Virus record (IMG/VR): IMGVR_UViG_3300029258_003011 | Length of the DNA: 50,432 nt | Source of the DNA: a virus | Strand: one strand, 5' to 3' | In this document: positions 27,501 to 35,055 of the stretch, in pieces | How the letters are laid out: each line of letters begins with the position of its first letter | Position numbering within the stretch: the first letter of the stretch is position 1 | Translations under genes and position numbers: made by a program | Notes under the pieces: generated by a model | Databases searched by the model: none | What the model saw: only the letters and a program-made list of their open reading frames with translations | Told to the model about the DNA's origin: nothing

Positions 27501-27553
27501 GTTATCGCATCAAGTCCTCTTGCCCATTGGTTGATATCTAAGAGAGAAATCAT
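24548..27553 (-). CDS. rpoC: DNA-directed RNA polymerase beta' subunit homolog (minimal, ~1000 aa)
   Basis: Absolutely conserved Mg-binding motif 'NADFDGDTMAVYHP'. 1001 aa, lacking lineage-specific insertions and an obvious N-terminal Zn ribbon. Located immediately upstream of the beta gene. Confidence 0.9.
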   Translation of the reverse strand: MISLLDINQWARGLDAITSAEYFSRPDEFHPEGVFSEDIFGVVGSLERKKIYAYIDLQATIIHPTALDVILRLDKKISKFLSTESSFSLDKDGMLVEDENGVTGISEFVKMFPKIEFRTGTTSREKFVNVLKKEYKSGNVFINKLPVIPPEYRSAYKDESSGEWVIDKLNDMYQVIIRRTFQVKSSGGGPLLDLLTYALQNSVKDHDAYIRTKIAKKSGLIRNQMLGKRTDFSGRAVITPGPDLKIDEVGLPLRMAVSLFEPFIIHHLMYKNKIITKRLENEIKDYTGLDLSVDNLRRVLKGIRGGDKIPEGLYEVIYEAAEVSMRGRVVLVKRDPVLHTGSYAAYYPILHSGDTIQMCTMQVGAHNADFDGDTMAVYHPITDEAQEEARTRMMTGIGTARTDSLNFELSKEMWVGLYTLTKGVKKKQSPIAVKEEDLENANDPTIPVKYKGMTTTMGRAIFNSCFPKAFPFQDGVITKKLGNSIIKELSKKYKMETIKDSVSKMEKVAFKWATIMSPSITLDILELPSEVYTIKKKIESSSPEEAEVLLKQAEKIVKKHIKDTGFGDLMDSGAGKGMGQAMQILVAKGIIADPQGNVLDPISGSYSDGLSNKEFFNASSGARKGIIDRVLNTADTGYMSRKLAFVLNSVEADQYLMDCGTKKTLTIKLTSDLMKRLDGRYVGSKVFKEKDYKVGQVIKLRSPMFCKSSKICFKCYGELLKRHRSPYIGIIAAQSIGERGTQMIMRTFHTGGAVELIKHDMTQDIIDGDPLSNLDKGSISKYLNQEENNLVTKSPCSVTISLADYKTTDSIKLEDDKLWVKSVIARVEYADVIFDMVLDYSVSFSVYEIEKTREFIKLTFPPNSTVLEVSTEASEIKGQVAFVERLLGGREILKDAQHLYKRVLGVYSPPLTDMDSVHIEVLCSQVLRNKDNIHIPARLVEPYDPVLINIKKVVFSGGFLQGLAFENVGEAIRTGLISEEDIDPSIIEKIVTGDVLETKKR

Positions 27554-27557
27554 ATTT

Positions 27558-27947
27558 TTATCTCATTTTCTTATTAAATTGTCGTGTGGATTGTGCTTTT
27601 TTAACTGCTCCGCTAACTGAAGTAGGAACCTCTTTTTCGTATCTTCCCTTTAATCGTTCCAATTTCTGCATAAGAATAGCAAGAGCTTCCTGATTTACTG
27701 CGTCTGTTCCTACCAGATTCTGTGCCATCTTGAGCGAAAATGCAATCATCTTTGGACATTTTCTAGAATTACTTCCACAAAGAGGAAATAGAACATCTTC
27801 AATTCTCATAAAGCAATTTGGATGCTTTTTATAATATTCTGCCATGCCTTCTTTCGTAAGACCTTTAATTATTTTCTCTGTGCTATCAGGATCTACGACT
27901 GCCTGGACTTTTCTTAATAGTTCATCTAATACTTTGGATTCTGACAT
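27558..27947 (-). CDS. Hypothetical protein, first gene downstream of a strong hairpin and co-oriented with RNAP genes
   Basis: 129 aa. RBS GGAGG 8 nt before ATG. Cys-containing ('CFMRIEDVLFPLCGSNSRKC'). Confidence 0.4.
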   Translation of the reverse strand: MSESKVLDELLRKVQAVVDPDSTEKIIKGLTKEGMAEYYKKHPNCFMRIEDVLFPLCGSNSRKCPKMIAFSLKMAQNLVGTDAVNQEALAILMQKLERLKGRYEKEVPTSVSGAVKKAQSTRQFNKKMR

Positions 27948-27979
27948 TTTTATACCTCCAAAAAAAATTGACGTGCGCT

Positions 27980-28023
27980 GAGGAAATACTCTTTTAATTA
28001 TGTTCTAAAAAGAGTATTTCCTC
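27980..28023 (-). terminator. Strong 16-bp stem-loop upstream of the RNAP gene string
   Basis: 'gaggaaatactctttt'/'aaaagagtatttcctc' perfect inverted repeat with a 12-nt loop in the 86-nt gap. On the minus strand it is followed 15 nt later by T8 and the GGAGG RBS of ORF 27558..27947. Confidence 0.5.
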
Positions 28024-28033
28024 ACGGTTCGTT

Positions 28034-29482
28034 TTAAAAGTCAGAATTAATAAGTCTTCCGATTTGATTAAATTCGTTTTCTAAACCTCCAGAAAACATA
28101 AGACTATAAAATTTAATCATATCTGCTTCTATCTTTGACAATGGAATTCCAGGCAAATTACTTCCATCAAATATATTACAGAAATTTACCCTTGATATTC
28201 TTCCTACCAAAAAGCTAAGAATTTTATGGGGCAATATTTTTGTATTGAAACCATAAAAACTTTGAGTCTTATTTTGAGAATTAACAAAGTCATGAATCAA
28301 TTTTATCTGATAAGTGGTAGTAATTGCTGGAGCATTCAAAGGAAAATAATCAAGCAATGAAAATAGATTTTTATATTCAGTCTTGAATACCTTCTTAAGA
28401 ATCCCATACAGATAGCATGATAAAACTGCAGTATGCTCTGGAGACAAAGTCTTGAAATGTCTATAAGGAATATTAGTAACCTTCGCTAATATTGGGAAGA
28501 CTACACATTCGCTCAATGGAGATACATGCTTAATATCATAACATCTATTTTGAAATTCAACGATTATTTTATCGCTTTTAGGATCTTCAGTCGCTGAAAT
28601 CAAAGCGGTCTTTTCCATCACTTTGAACATCTTGTCATATGCAATCCCTTTGAGTCTTCCTAATGTGTCATTATAACTATAGGTCTTCAAGTTATTTACA
28701 CTCAAAGTGTGGATATTTTCAGTTGATACAGAATCCTCGTAAATAACAGAACTTTTATATACTGATCTCAAGAACCATTTTACAGACTCTTCAACAACAG
28801 ATACAAAATAAGTTATTGGATTTTTATCTTCCTCACACAAAATAAGGATTGAGTTCATAATAAAATTGAAGATCTCAATTACATGAACATCAATGCTTTT
28901 ACATTGAATCATCTTGATATAATCCCACATATATCTATCAGTGAGGTTATATCTAAAAGTTTTCGTTTTTACAATATCAAAAACTTTTCTGATAATCTCT
29001 GTACCGGCAAGATCGGCGGCGATCTCATTATATATTTTCTTATGAAGTCTCTGATCTACACGGAGATTTTGAGTGTTAAAAATTATGGAATATAATTTCA
29101 AATAACCAGAAAGTTTGGTTATTAATTCAATCTCATATGGTTCAAACAAGATGCTTGATTTTTTAACTTTTCCCATATCAACAAAGGTAGAAAAATCAAT
29201 TTCCTGACTATCAATATAAGCATTAACATAATCTTTAAAAGAATCTATGTTTTCAGTTAGCATCAAATATCTTATTTCATCATTTTCGGAATATCTTAAA
29301 AGAAAATCTTCCATCCAATTATCAAAATCTTCACCAAGAGTTTGAGACATTCCTTCTATAAAATTACAGATGATATGAAACTTATTCGTAATTGAAGACG
29401 GGGTTAATTTTAGAGTAGTAATTTCTTTTCCATCACGACTAACCTTATAAATCTTTGCTGTTTCCTTTTTCAGTTCGATCAC
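28034..29482 (-). CDS. Hypothetical protein
   Basis: 482-aa ORF with SD AAGGAG. No recognisable motif. Confidence 0.45.
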   Translation of the reverse strand: MIELKKETAKIYKVSRDGKEITTLKLTPSSITNKFHIICNFIEGMSQTLGEDFDNWMEDFLLRYSENDEIRYLMLTENIDSFKDYVNAYIDSQEIDFSTFVDMGKVKKSSILFEPYEIELITKLSGYLKLYSIIFNTQNLRVDQRLHKKIYNEIAADLAGTEIIRKVFDIVKTKTFRYNLTDRYMWDYIKMIQCKSIDVHVIEIFNFIMNSILILCEEDKNPITYFVSVVEESVKWFLRSVYKSSVIYEDSVSTENIHTLSVNNLKTYSYNDTLGRLKGIAYDKMFKVMEKTALISATEDPKSDKIIVEFQNRCYDIKHVSPLSECVVFPILAKVTNIPYRHFKTLSPEHTAVLSCYLYGILKKVFKTEYKNLFSLLDYFPLNAPAITTTYQIKLIHDFVNSQNKTQSFYGFNTKILPHKILSFLVGRISRVNFCNIFDGSNLPGIPLSKIEADMIKFYSLMFSGGLENEFNQIGRLINSDF

Positions 29483-29640
29483 AATAATTCTCCTTATTTA
29501 GCTTCTTTTACAATATGACGTACCCCACACATATTGAGTTATAAAATAAAAACAAAAATAAAAAAAGGACTTTTTGATACCCTATTCGTAAAATTAATAT
29601 ATATTTTTACGCTGAGGTAAATGGAAGAGAACTGATAAAG

Positions 29641-30156
29641 TTATTTGATTACAAATCTTCGTACCATTGCTTCAACTATCGCTCGATCAACAAAAGTGCC
29701 AGGGCACGACAAATCTTTATCATTTGATACTTCTGAGTGAAGTTTGATTTTAGAAGGATTGATGTGATACATATTCATAAAAGGATTTAATAAACGATAT
29801 GCTAAAACTTCATAACAACGTTTCTCTGGAATTTTAAAATCGTAATTACCCATTAAAGCTACATGAATTGCTCTTTGATTTATATCCGGACTTATGTCAT
29901 CCCATTCACACATATAAACAAAAGGTCGACAACATATCGGAATATAATCATCTTTTACTTTCTCTACAATATAATGATAGTTAATATCTCCTTGTTTCTT
30001 TTCAAGAACTCCTGCAAAAATTCCTGGCATCTGGTATTTTGGGTTATCTATTCTTGCTTCTGGAACATCGTAAAGTTCTGAAGTATGATGAAGTATAATC
30101 CATTTTGGAGTTTTTCTTCGAACTTTAAGCATACTTGGTTTGAAAGGCATCTTCAT
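29641..30156 (-). CDS. N-acetylmuramoyl-L-alanine amidase (Amidase_2/PGRP, T7-lysozyme-like endolysin)
   Basis: Zn-ligand context 'WIILHHT', 'HYIV', 'IHVALMGNY', 'KLHSEVSNDKDLSCPG' match the Amidase_2 His...His...Cys triad. Confidence 0.75.
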   Translation of the reverse strand: MKMPFKPSMLKVRRKTPKWIILHHTSELYDVPEARIDNPKYQMPGIFAGVLEKKQGDINYHYIVEKVKDDYIPICCRPFVYMCEWDDISPDINQRAIHVALMGNYDFKIPEKRCYEVLAYRLLNPFMNMYHINPSKIKLHSEVSNDKDLSCPGTFVDRAIVEAMVRRFVIK

Positions 30157-30170
30157 TGAATTATATCCTC

Positions 30171-31007
30171 TTATGCAAATGGATTTGAAGGAGTTGCAGC
30201 TCCTATCAAATTATCTTTATATTTTTTAACTTCAGCAACCAAAGAATCTCCAGCATTTTGAACCGATTGTTTCAAATCATAATCGTTTGATTCATTTGCT
30301 GTATTTACTGAATTTACATTGGTTTTTTGAGCAGTTGATATCCCAGCATCATTCATGAGACCTTCTGTATCAAGTTTTCCAGTTACAGAATCAAGACCCA
30401 TGTCATCTACAAGATCATTTGCATAATCTATTTTATCACTGACATTTGAGCCACACATTGAGTCTAGACAATTTAAGAATCCATCAAGTCCAGATAATAT
30501 TCCAGATACATCAAGAAAATCCAACTGTTTCCCAAGATCTCTAAACATATCTGATATTCCAAATTCTGGGAAGCTTATTCCATCAAATGCGTCTTTTAAA
30601 GCATTCTCAAAACTTATACTAATGGCATTTGCAAAATCATCATAAATTGCTGATCCTGAGAGTTTTGGCAAATCCTGTTTTAATATTCCACATTTTTGAA
30701 GCATGTCTTCTAGTTGATCCGACCCTACTGGAAATGATGGCATTGCATCACTAGCTGCATTATTTAAATCACTAAGAGCATTGTTCATATCATTTACAGG
30801 AGTTGCCACTTGTCCTACCATATCTGATAAAGAAGACTTTACATCATCCAGTGCCGTATACATAGCATTTCTTGCCTTGCCCATCTCCCCAAGACCTTTA
30901 TCAAGTTCTCTTTCCATCTTCCTGCACATAGTTCCTTGCGGACCATCAGCAGGATTAGGAAGGGATGGTATTGAGGGGATCTCTGGTAAATCCGGTATTA
31001 GTCCCAT
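30171..31007 (-). CDS. Hypothetical D/G/S-rich protein between spike and amidase (possible tail-associated)
   Basis: 278-aa ORF, low-complexity acidic repeats, start overlaps the spike gene stop. Confidence 0.35.
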   Translation of the reverse strand: MGLIPDLPEIPSIPSLPNPADGPQGTMCRKMERELDKGLGEMGKARNAMYTALDDVKSSLSDMVGQVATPVNDMNNALSDLNNAASDAMPSFPVGSDQLEDMLQKCGILKQDLPKLSGSAIYDDFANAISISFENALKDAFDGISFPEFGISDMFRDLGKQLDFLDVSGILSGLDGFLNCLDSMCGSNVSDKIDYANDLVDDMGLDSVTGKLDTEGLMNDAGISTAQKTNVNSVNTANESNDYDLKQSVQNAGDSLVAEVKKYKDNLIGAATPSNPFA

Positions 31008-31960
31008 TATGTATCCCTATTTCCTTCTGGAGGTGTTGGCGTTACAGATTCTGCAGGAGTATCTGCTTGAGCAGAACCACCTTGATCTGAGATAAAAGCG
31101 CCGTCTCTATTTATTTGACCTGTAACTTTGGTATGGTGGTCTGCTCCAGATGTAACAAACATATTAGCTCCAGAATCTTTATGAAACTCAGCTCCGGCAG
31201 TATCTTTTATATCTGTTCCTGCTTTTCTTGTTATATCCAAAGTTGCCTCCACATTTATATTCTTATCGCATTTTACGAGAATGTCTTTTGCAACTTTAAG
31301 ATGAAGATTTCCATCTGTCTTTAAAATCATATCGTTTTTGAAATATGCTTGAAGTTGTTGTTCCTCTATATCAATATGAATATAATCTCCAAGTCTGGTA
31401 CGAATTAATAATTTTTCTCTTCCTGCCATTTCATCAAGAAGAATAACCGTTTGATTTCCATCAATTTCATATACAGATGTTGTATCTCCATGAGGAGGTT
31501 GAGATATATTTCTTTTCTTACCTGTTATCTCAACCCTTTCATCCCCAGAATCATCTGAGACTACAATACATCTTCCGTCGTGACTCTTAAATATGACCCA
31601 TTTATGTGGATAATCTCCAGTTTGACATTCAGGTAGTACTGATGGGGAATCTGTTGGGTGTTCTAGATCTAAAGCTCCAAAATAATATGGTCTATTTACA
31701 TTACCTGCTTCAAAAAATATCCAAACCCACGCACCAATCTTTGGAACAAAAGAAGATCCCATAAAAGTGTGTGCATCATCCTCTTCCGAGTTTCTTCCCC
31801 CTGCAGGATTATTAGCGGGTCTTGCCCACAGTCCTTTTGTTGGTTCTACATGTTCCTCCAACATAATATCAGGAATCCAAACTAATACTCTCCCGCACTT
31901 TTTTGGATCTTTGTTATCCACTACTTTTGCTCTATAATTCCCAAAGTGCTTAGGTTCCAT
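31007..31960 (-). CDS. Baseplate central spike/hub protein (gpV / gp5 N-terminal OB-fold family)
   Basis: N-terminal 'YRAKVVDNKDPKKCGRVLVWIPDIM' matches the gpV/gp5/VgrG OB-fold motif (vVd..DP...GRvrVr.P). C-terminal Thr/Gly/Asp-rich beta-helix-like region. Confidence 0.6.
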   Translation of the reverse strand: MEPKHFGNYRAKVVDNKDPKKCGRVLVWIPDIMLEEHVEPTKGLWARPANNPAGGRNSEEDDAHTFMGSSFVPKIGAWVWIFFEAGNVNRPYYFGALDLEHPTDSPSVLPECQTGDYPHKWVIFKSHDGRCIVVSDDSGDERVEITGKKRNISQPPHGDTTSVYEIDGNQTVILLDEMAGREKLLIRTRLGDYIHIDIEEQQLQAYFKNDMILKTDGNLHLKVAKDILVKCDKNINVEATLDITRKAGTDIKDTAGAEFHKDSGANMFVTSGADHHTKVTGQINRDGAFISDQGGSAQADTPAESVTPTPPEGNRDT

Positions 31961-31983
31961 TATTTGATTTCCTTGTTTGGTCT

Positions 31984-32391
31984 TTATCTAAATCTATAAC
32001 TTTCTACTTTTTTTAAATATCCCTGCATTTTTCTTGCTTTATCTCTATCCCCATTTTTTTGAAACATTGCAATCCATTCTAAAACCTTTTTTCTTTTATC
32101 TTTTATTTTATCTTTTTGGATTTGTATTGAGTGCATATCTTCCCGATTCTTCATCATGTATTGAAGTTTTCCTCTTGCTCTACATAGAGATTGAAGAGAT
32201 TCTGCAGGTCTTTCTCCTCCCGCTATCATCCCAAATGGACCAAGTAAAAATGCTCCAGCAACAGATCCTGCTGTCCATCTAAGTTCACCAATTCCTGGAC
32301 AAATCTTATTACATTGCCGTCCTATTTTCATTGCATCCCCCAATCCTTCTTGGACCCAACAAGTAATAGTTTCTATAATTATTTTTTCCAT
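31984..32391 (-). CDS. Hypothetical protein with glycine-zipper segment
   Basis: 'GSVAGAFLLGPFGMIAGG' Gly-zipper/TM-like segment. 135 aa. Confidence 0.35.
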   Translation of the reverse strand: MEKIIIETITCWVQEGLGDAMKIGRQCNKICPGIGELRWTAGSVAGAFLLGPFGMIAGGERPAESLQSLCRARGKLQYMMKNREDMHSIQIQKDKIKDKRKKVLEWIAMFQKNGDRDKARKMQGYLKKVESYRFR

Positions 32392-32399
32392 TCACCCCC

Positions 32400-33290
32400 C
32401 TATTTAAAAGAAGGTTTTATCATTGATAAAATCTTCTCGTATTCAGACACGTTATATGTATAGATAAATCCAGGAATAATACCACTTCCAGAAATATTTA
32501 TTACAAGCATTGAAGATATAAATCTTGCACAGTCTTCTATTGCAGGCAAGAAATTCAGTGTGAAGTGCCTATAAAATTTGGCGGTAAACATATGTTTATT
32601 TAAACCAGGCATTACTTTTAAATCTGACAAACTATTAATGAAATCATTAATATTTGAGAAGTCGTATTTTTTAAGATCTTTTTCATATTCTTTATAATTA
32701 AATGCAGACACTGCCATAGCTTTGGAATATGTTGAACTTCCTGTTATTCCAAAGAAGGCATTTAAAACATAACATGAAATCAAAAACTTAAGTTTTGGCA
32801 ACTCTGTTGCATATGACCCAAGAAGACCAAATTCCTTTCCAAATATTCTTACAAACATAGTTGTTAAGAACTGAGATATTGGGGAATAATATGCATCCTT
32901 AACTTTTAATTTTCCTGTGACCAGATCTTTAAAACAAATTCCATATGCCAATGCCCCATAAATAGTCTTTGGATCAAGTCTTGATATTTCATTTACTCCA
33001 AAAGCTTTTAGATTAATAACAATTTTTTGAGTTCTTTTATTATATGACACAGGAAGTACATAATTAGGAAGTTTTGCTACATGAATTAAAGATAATGCGT
33101 CAGAATCGGATGATACAGAATTGTATATTCTTTTTGATGTAAAATGAGAGACTCTACTTTGAATTAATCGAATCACACGAATTAAATTTTTTACGTCTTC
33201 TGGATCTGAAAAAGATGACATTGAAGATTCTGACATATCTAGAATGTTTGGCACATCTTTTAAAAGAACAAATTTATCTATTATGCGCAT
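32400..33290 (-). CDS. Hypothetical protein
   Basis: 296-aa ORF, no motif recognised. Confidence 0.4.
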   Translation of the reverse strand: MRIIDKFVLLKDVPNILDMSESSMSSFSDPEDVKNLIRVIRLIQSRVSHFTSKRIYNSVSSDSDALSLIHVAKLPNYVLPVSYNKRTQKIVINLKAFGVNEISRLDPKTIYGALAYGICFKDLVTGKLKVKDAYYSPISQFLTTMFVRIFGKEFGLLGSYATELPKLKFLISCYVLNAFFGITGSSTYSKAMAVSAFNYKEYEKDLKKYDFSNINDFINSLSDLKVMPGLNKHMFTAKFYRHFTLNFLPAIEDCARFISSMLVINISGSGIIPGFIYTYNVSEYEKILSMIKPSFK

Positions 33291-33292
33291 GA

Positions 33293-33646
33293 TTATCGTT
33301 TCCTATATGACTGCTGTATTACATTATCAAGATTTTGTTTCAAAGTATCTATTTTTAAAAGTTGAGAGTCAATTTTCTTTTCTATCTTCTCCTTACATTT
33401 ATCATCTTCACACTTCAACTGAGCTTTTTTCATATTAGCAACTAGCTCTTCAGTTGTTTTAATTTTATAAGTGAGAAGGCACTTTGTTTTATCAGGACCT
33501 TGAAAATTATTACATACAACTTTTGATCTTTTAATCTTCTTTTTATAATGATCCTTATATATCAAAATTCTATGTAATGCAGTCGTGGACGCAACCTGAC
33601 CTGGACTTATTTCCATTAGAACTTTTTGAGCTAAGGTATATTCCAT
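33293..33646 (-). CDS. Hypothetical Cys-containing coiled-coil protein, paralog A
   Basis: Shares 'KTKCLL.YKIK....L...K......CED.KCKEK' with the adjacent ORF 33658..34020 (tandem duplication). Confidence 0.45.
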   Translation of the reverse strand: MEYTLAQKVLMEISPGQVASTTALHRILIYKDHYKKKIKRSKVVCNNFQGPDKTKCLLTYKIKTTEELVANMKKAQLKCEDDKCKEKIEKKIDSQLLKIDTLKQNLDNVIQQSYRKR

Positions 33647-33657
33647 GATAAGATCCT

Positions 33658-34020
33658 TTAATACTTCTGTTGCATTACCATAGTTAATTGCTTTTTCATT
33701 TTATTAAGTCGAAATTCTACATTTTTGTATTTCTTTAATAGTTTTTCTTTGCACTTATAGTCTTCGCATCTACTCATTCCAGATTTCAAATCATTCATCA
33801 ATCTTTGACTAGCTTTAATTTTATATCCAAGCAAGCATTTGGTTTTTTCTTGAGATTTAAAATCAGCGCAATATTTTGATGCTTTGGCAATATTGTCTTT
33901 ATAGAAATTATAAGCGGTTAATGCCAAACTTGCAGCAATTGATGCAGTTACAAGACCCACTTCTTCAATTTTTTCTTTTTGAAGTTCTTGTAAATAATTT
34001 TCAGTAACTGAATTTTTCAT
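33658..34020 (-). CDS. Hypothetical Cys-containing coiled-coil protein, paralog B
   Basis: 'QEKTKCLLGYKIKASQRLMNDLKSGMSRCEDYKCKEKLLKK' is the paralogous block to 33293..33646. Confidence 0.45.
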   Translation of the reverse strand: MKNSVTENYLQELQKEKIEEVGLVTASIAASLALTAYNFYKDNIAKASKYCADFKSQEKTKCLLGYKIKASQRLMNDLKSGMSRCEDYKCKEKLLKKYKNVEFRLNKMKKQLTMVMQQKY

Positions 34021-34033
34021 TTAACAGTCCCCC

Positions 34034-34423
34034 TTACCAATCAACAGATTCTAAATCTTTTGTGGCTTTCTTAGGAAATTTATCTTTTGTTATTTCAACT
34101 ATTGCTTGAAACTCTGGGATTACAACAGTATCTAAATCAAATTCCTCTATGCAAAAAACTCCATTTACATACATCAACAATTGTGCTAATATAACAGTCC
34201 CGTATTCATCATATGATAAGAAGTCTGGTCTCATTTTATATTGTTGTTCAAAAGTCACTTGTTTTGAGTTTCTTAATAAATAGAACAAATGCTTTTCCAT
34301 TACCCATAAACTAGGAGATGTAAACGTATAAATCTCGTTAGTTGTTTTATATCGAGTTCCGTAATTATCAATATTTATTACAGACTTTTTTCTCTGTTTG
34401 CTTTCTTCATCTATTGTAATCAT
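34034..34423 (-). CDS. Hypothetical protein
   Basis: 129-aa ORF in tight operon spacing. Confidence 0.4.
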   Translation of the reverse strand: MITIDEESKQRKKSVINIDNYGTRYKTTNEIYTFTSPSLWVMEKHLFYLLRNSKQVTFEQQYKMRPDFLSYDEYGTVILAQLLMYVNGVFCIEEFDLDTVVIPEFQAIVEITKDKFPKKATKDLESVDW

Positions 34424-34431
34424 AAAAATAC

Positions 34432-35046
34432 CTAAGATTGAGCAGCATCTTGTTGGTCTCGGTAATCGTTTCTAGTCCATCCACAATTACCTTCTGTTAT
34501 AGATAATCTTTGATTTATCTTATCAATATCCTCTTCTTCAAGATATCTCGAGTATTCATTAACAAAATATCTATAATCACCTTTGATTACTTCAGTAGGG
34601 ATTAATAAATGACCATTGTGGAATTTTTCATGCATGCTCTTGATTAAAGTTACATATCCAACTTTATTCATAAAATGAAGTTCAATGGCATTCAAAGCAA
34701 TATCAAAAGTAGAAAATGATTCATTTTTTTCAATCCTCTCATTGACAAGAGCTTTAACCAATGTAAATAAAGATGGAATGTGATGATGAACCTCAACAGT
34801 GCACTCACTCATAACTTCATCAGTAACCATACAAGAAGTTACCCCAAGCACATCAATTATATAATTTCTCCATTCTTTGTATTCAAGACAACCTCGGATT
34901 AATTTTTCACAGTTTTTTACAAACTTATTATAGTCTGTTTCACTTTGAAAATTCTCAATTCTCAAAGATAATCTGAATGGATATTGATCACTGTATAATT
35001 CCAATCCTTCCACATTAGATGATTTAATTTTTATATCTTCCGCCAT
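34432..35046 (-). CDS. Hypothetical protein
   Basis: 204-aa ORF, His-rich patch 'VEVHHHIPS'. Confidence 0.4.
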   Translation of the reverse strand: MAEDIKIKSSNVEGLELYSDQYPFRLSLRIENFQSETDYNKFVKNCEKLIRGCLEYKEWRNYIIDVLGVTSCMVTDEVMSECTVEVHHHIPSLFTLVKALVNERIEKNESFSTFDIALNAIELHFMNKVGYVTLIKSMHEKFHNGHLLIPTEVIKGDYRYFVNEYSRYLEEEDIDKINQRLSITEGNCGWTRNDYRDQQDAAQS

Positions 35047-35055
35047 ATCAATCTC

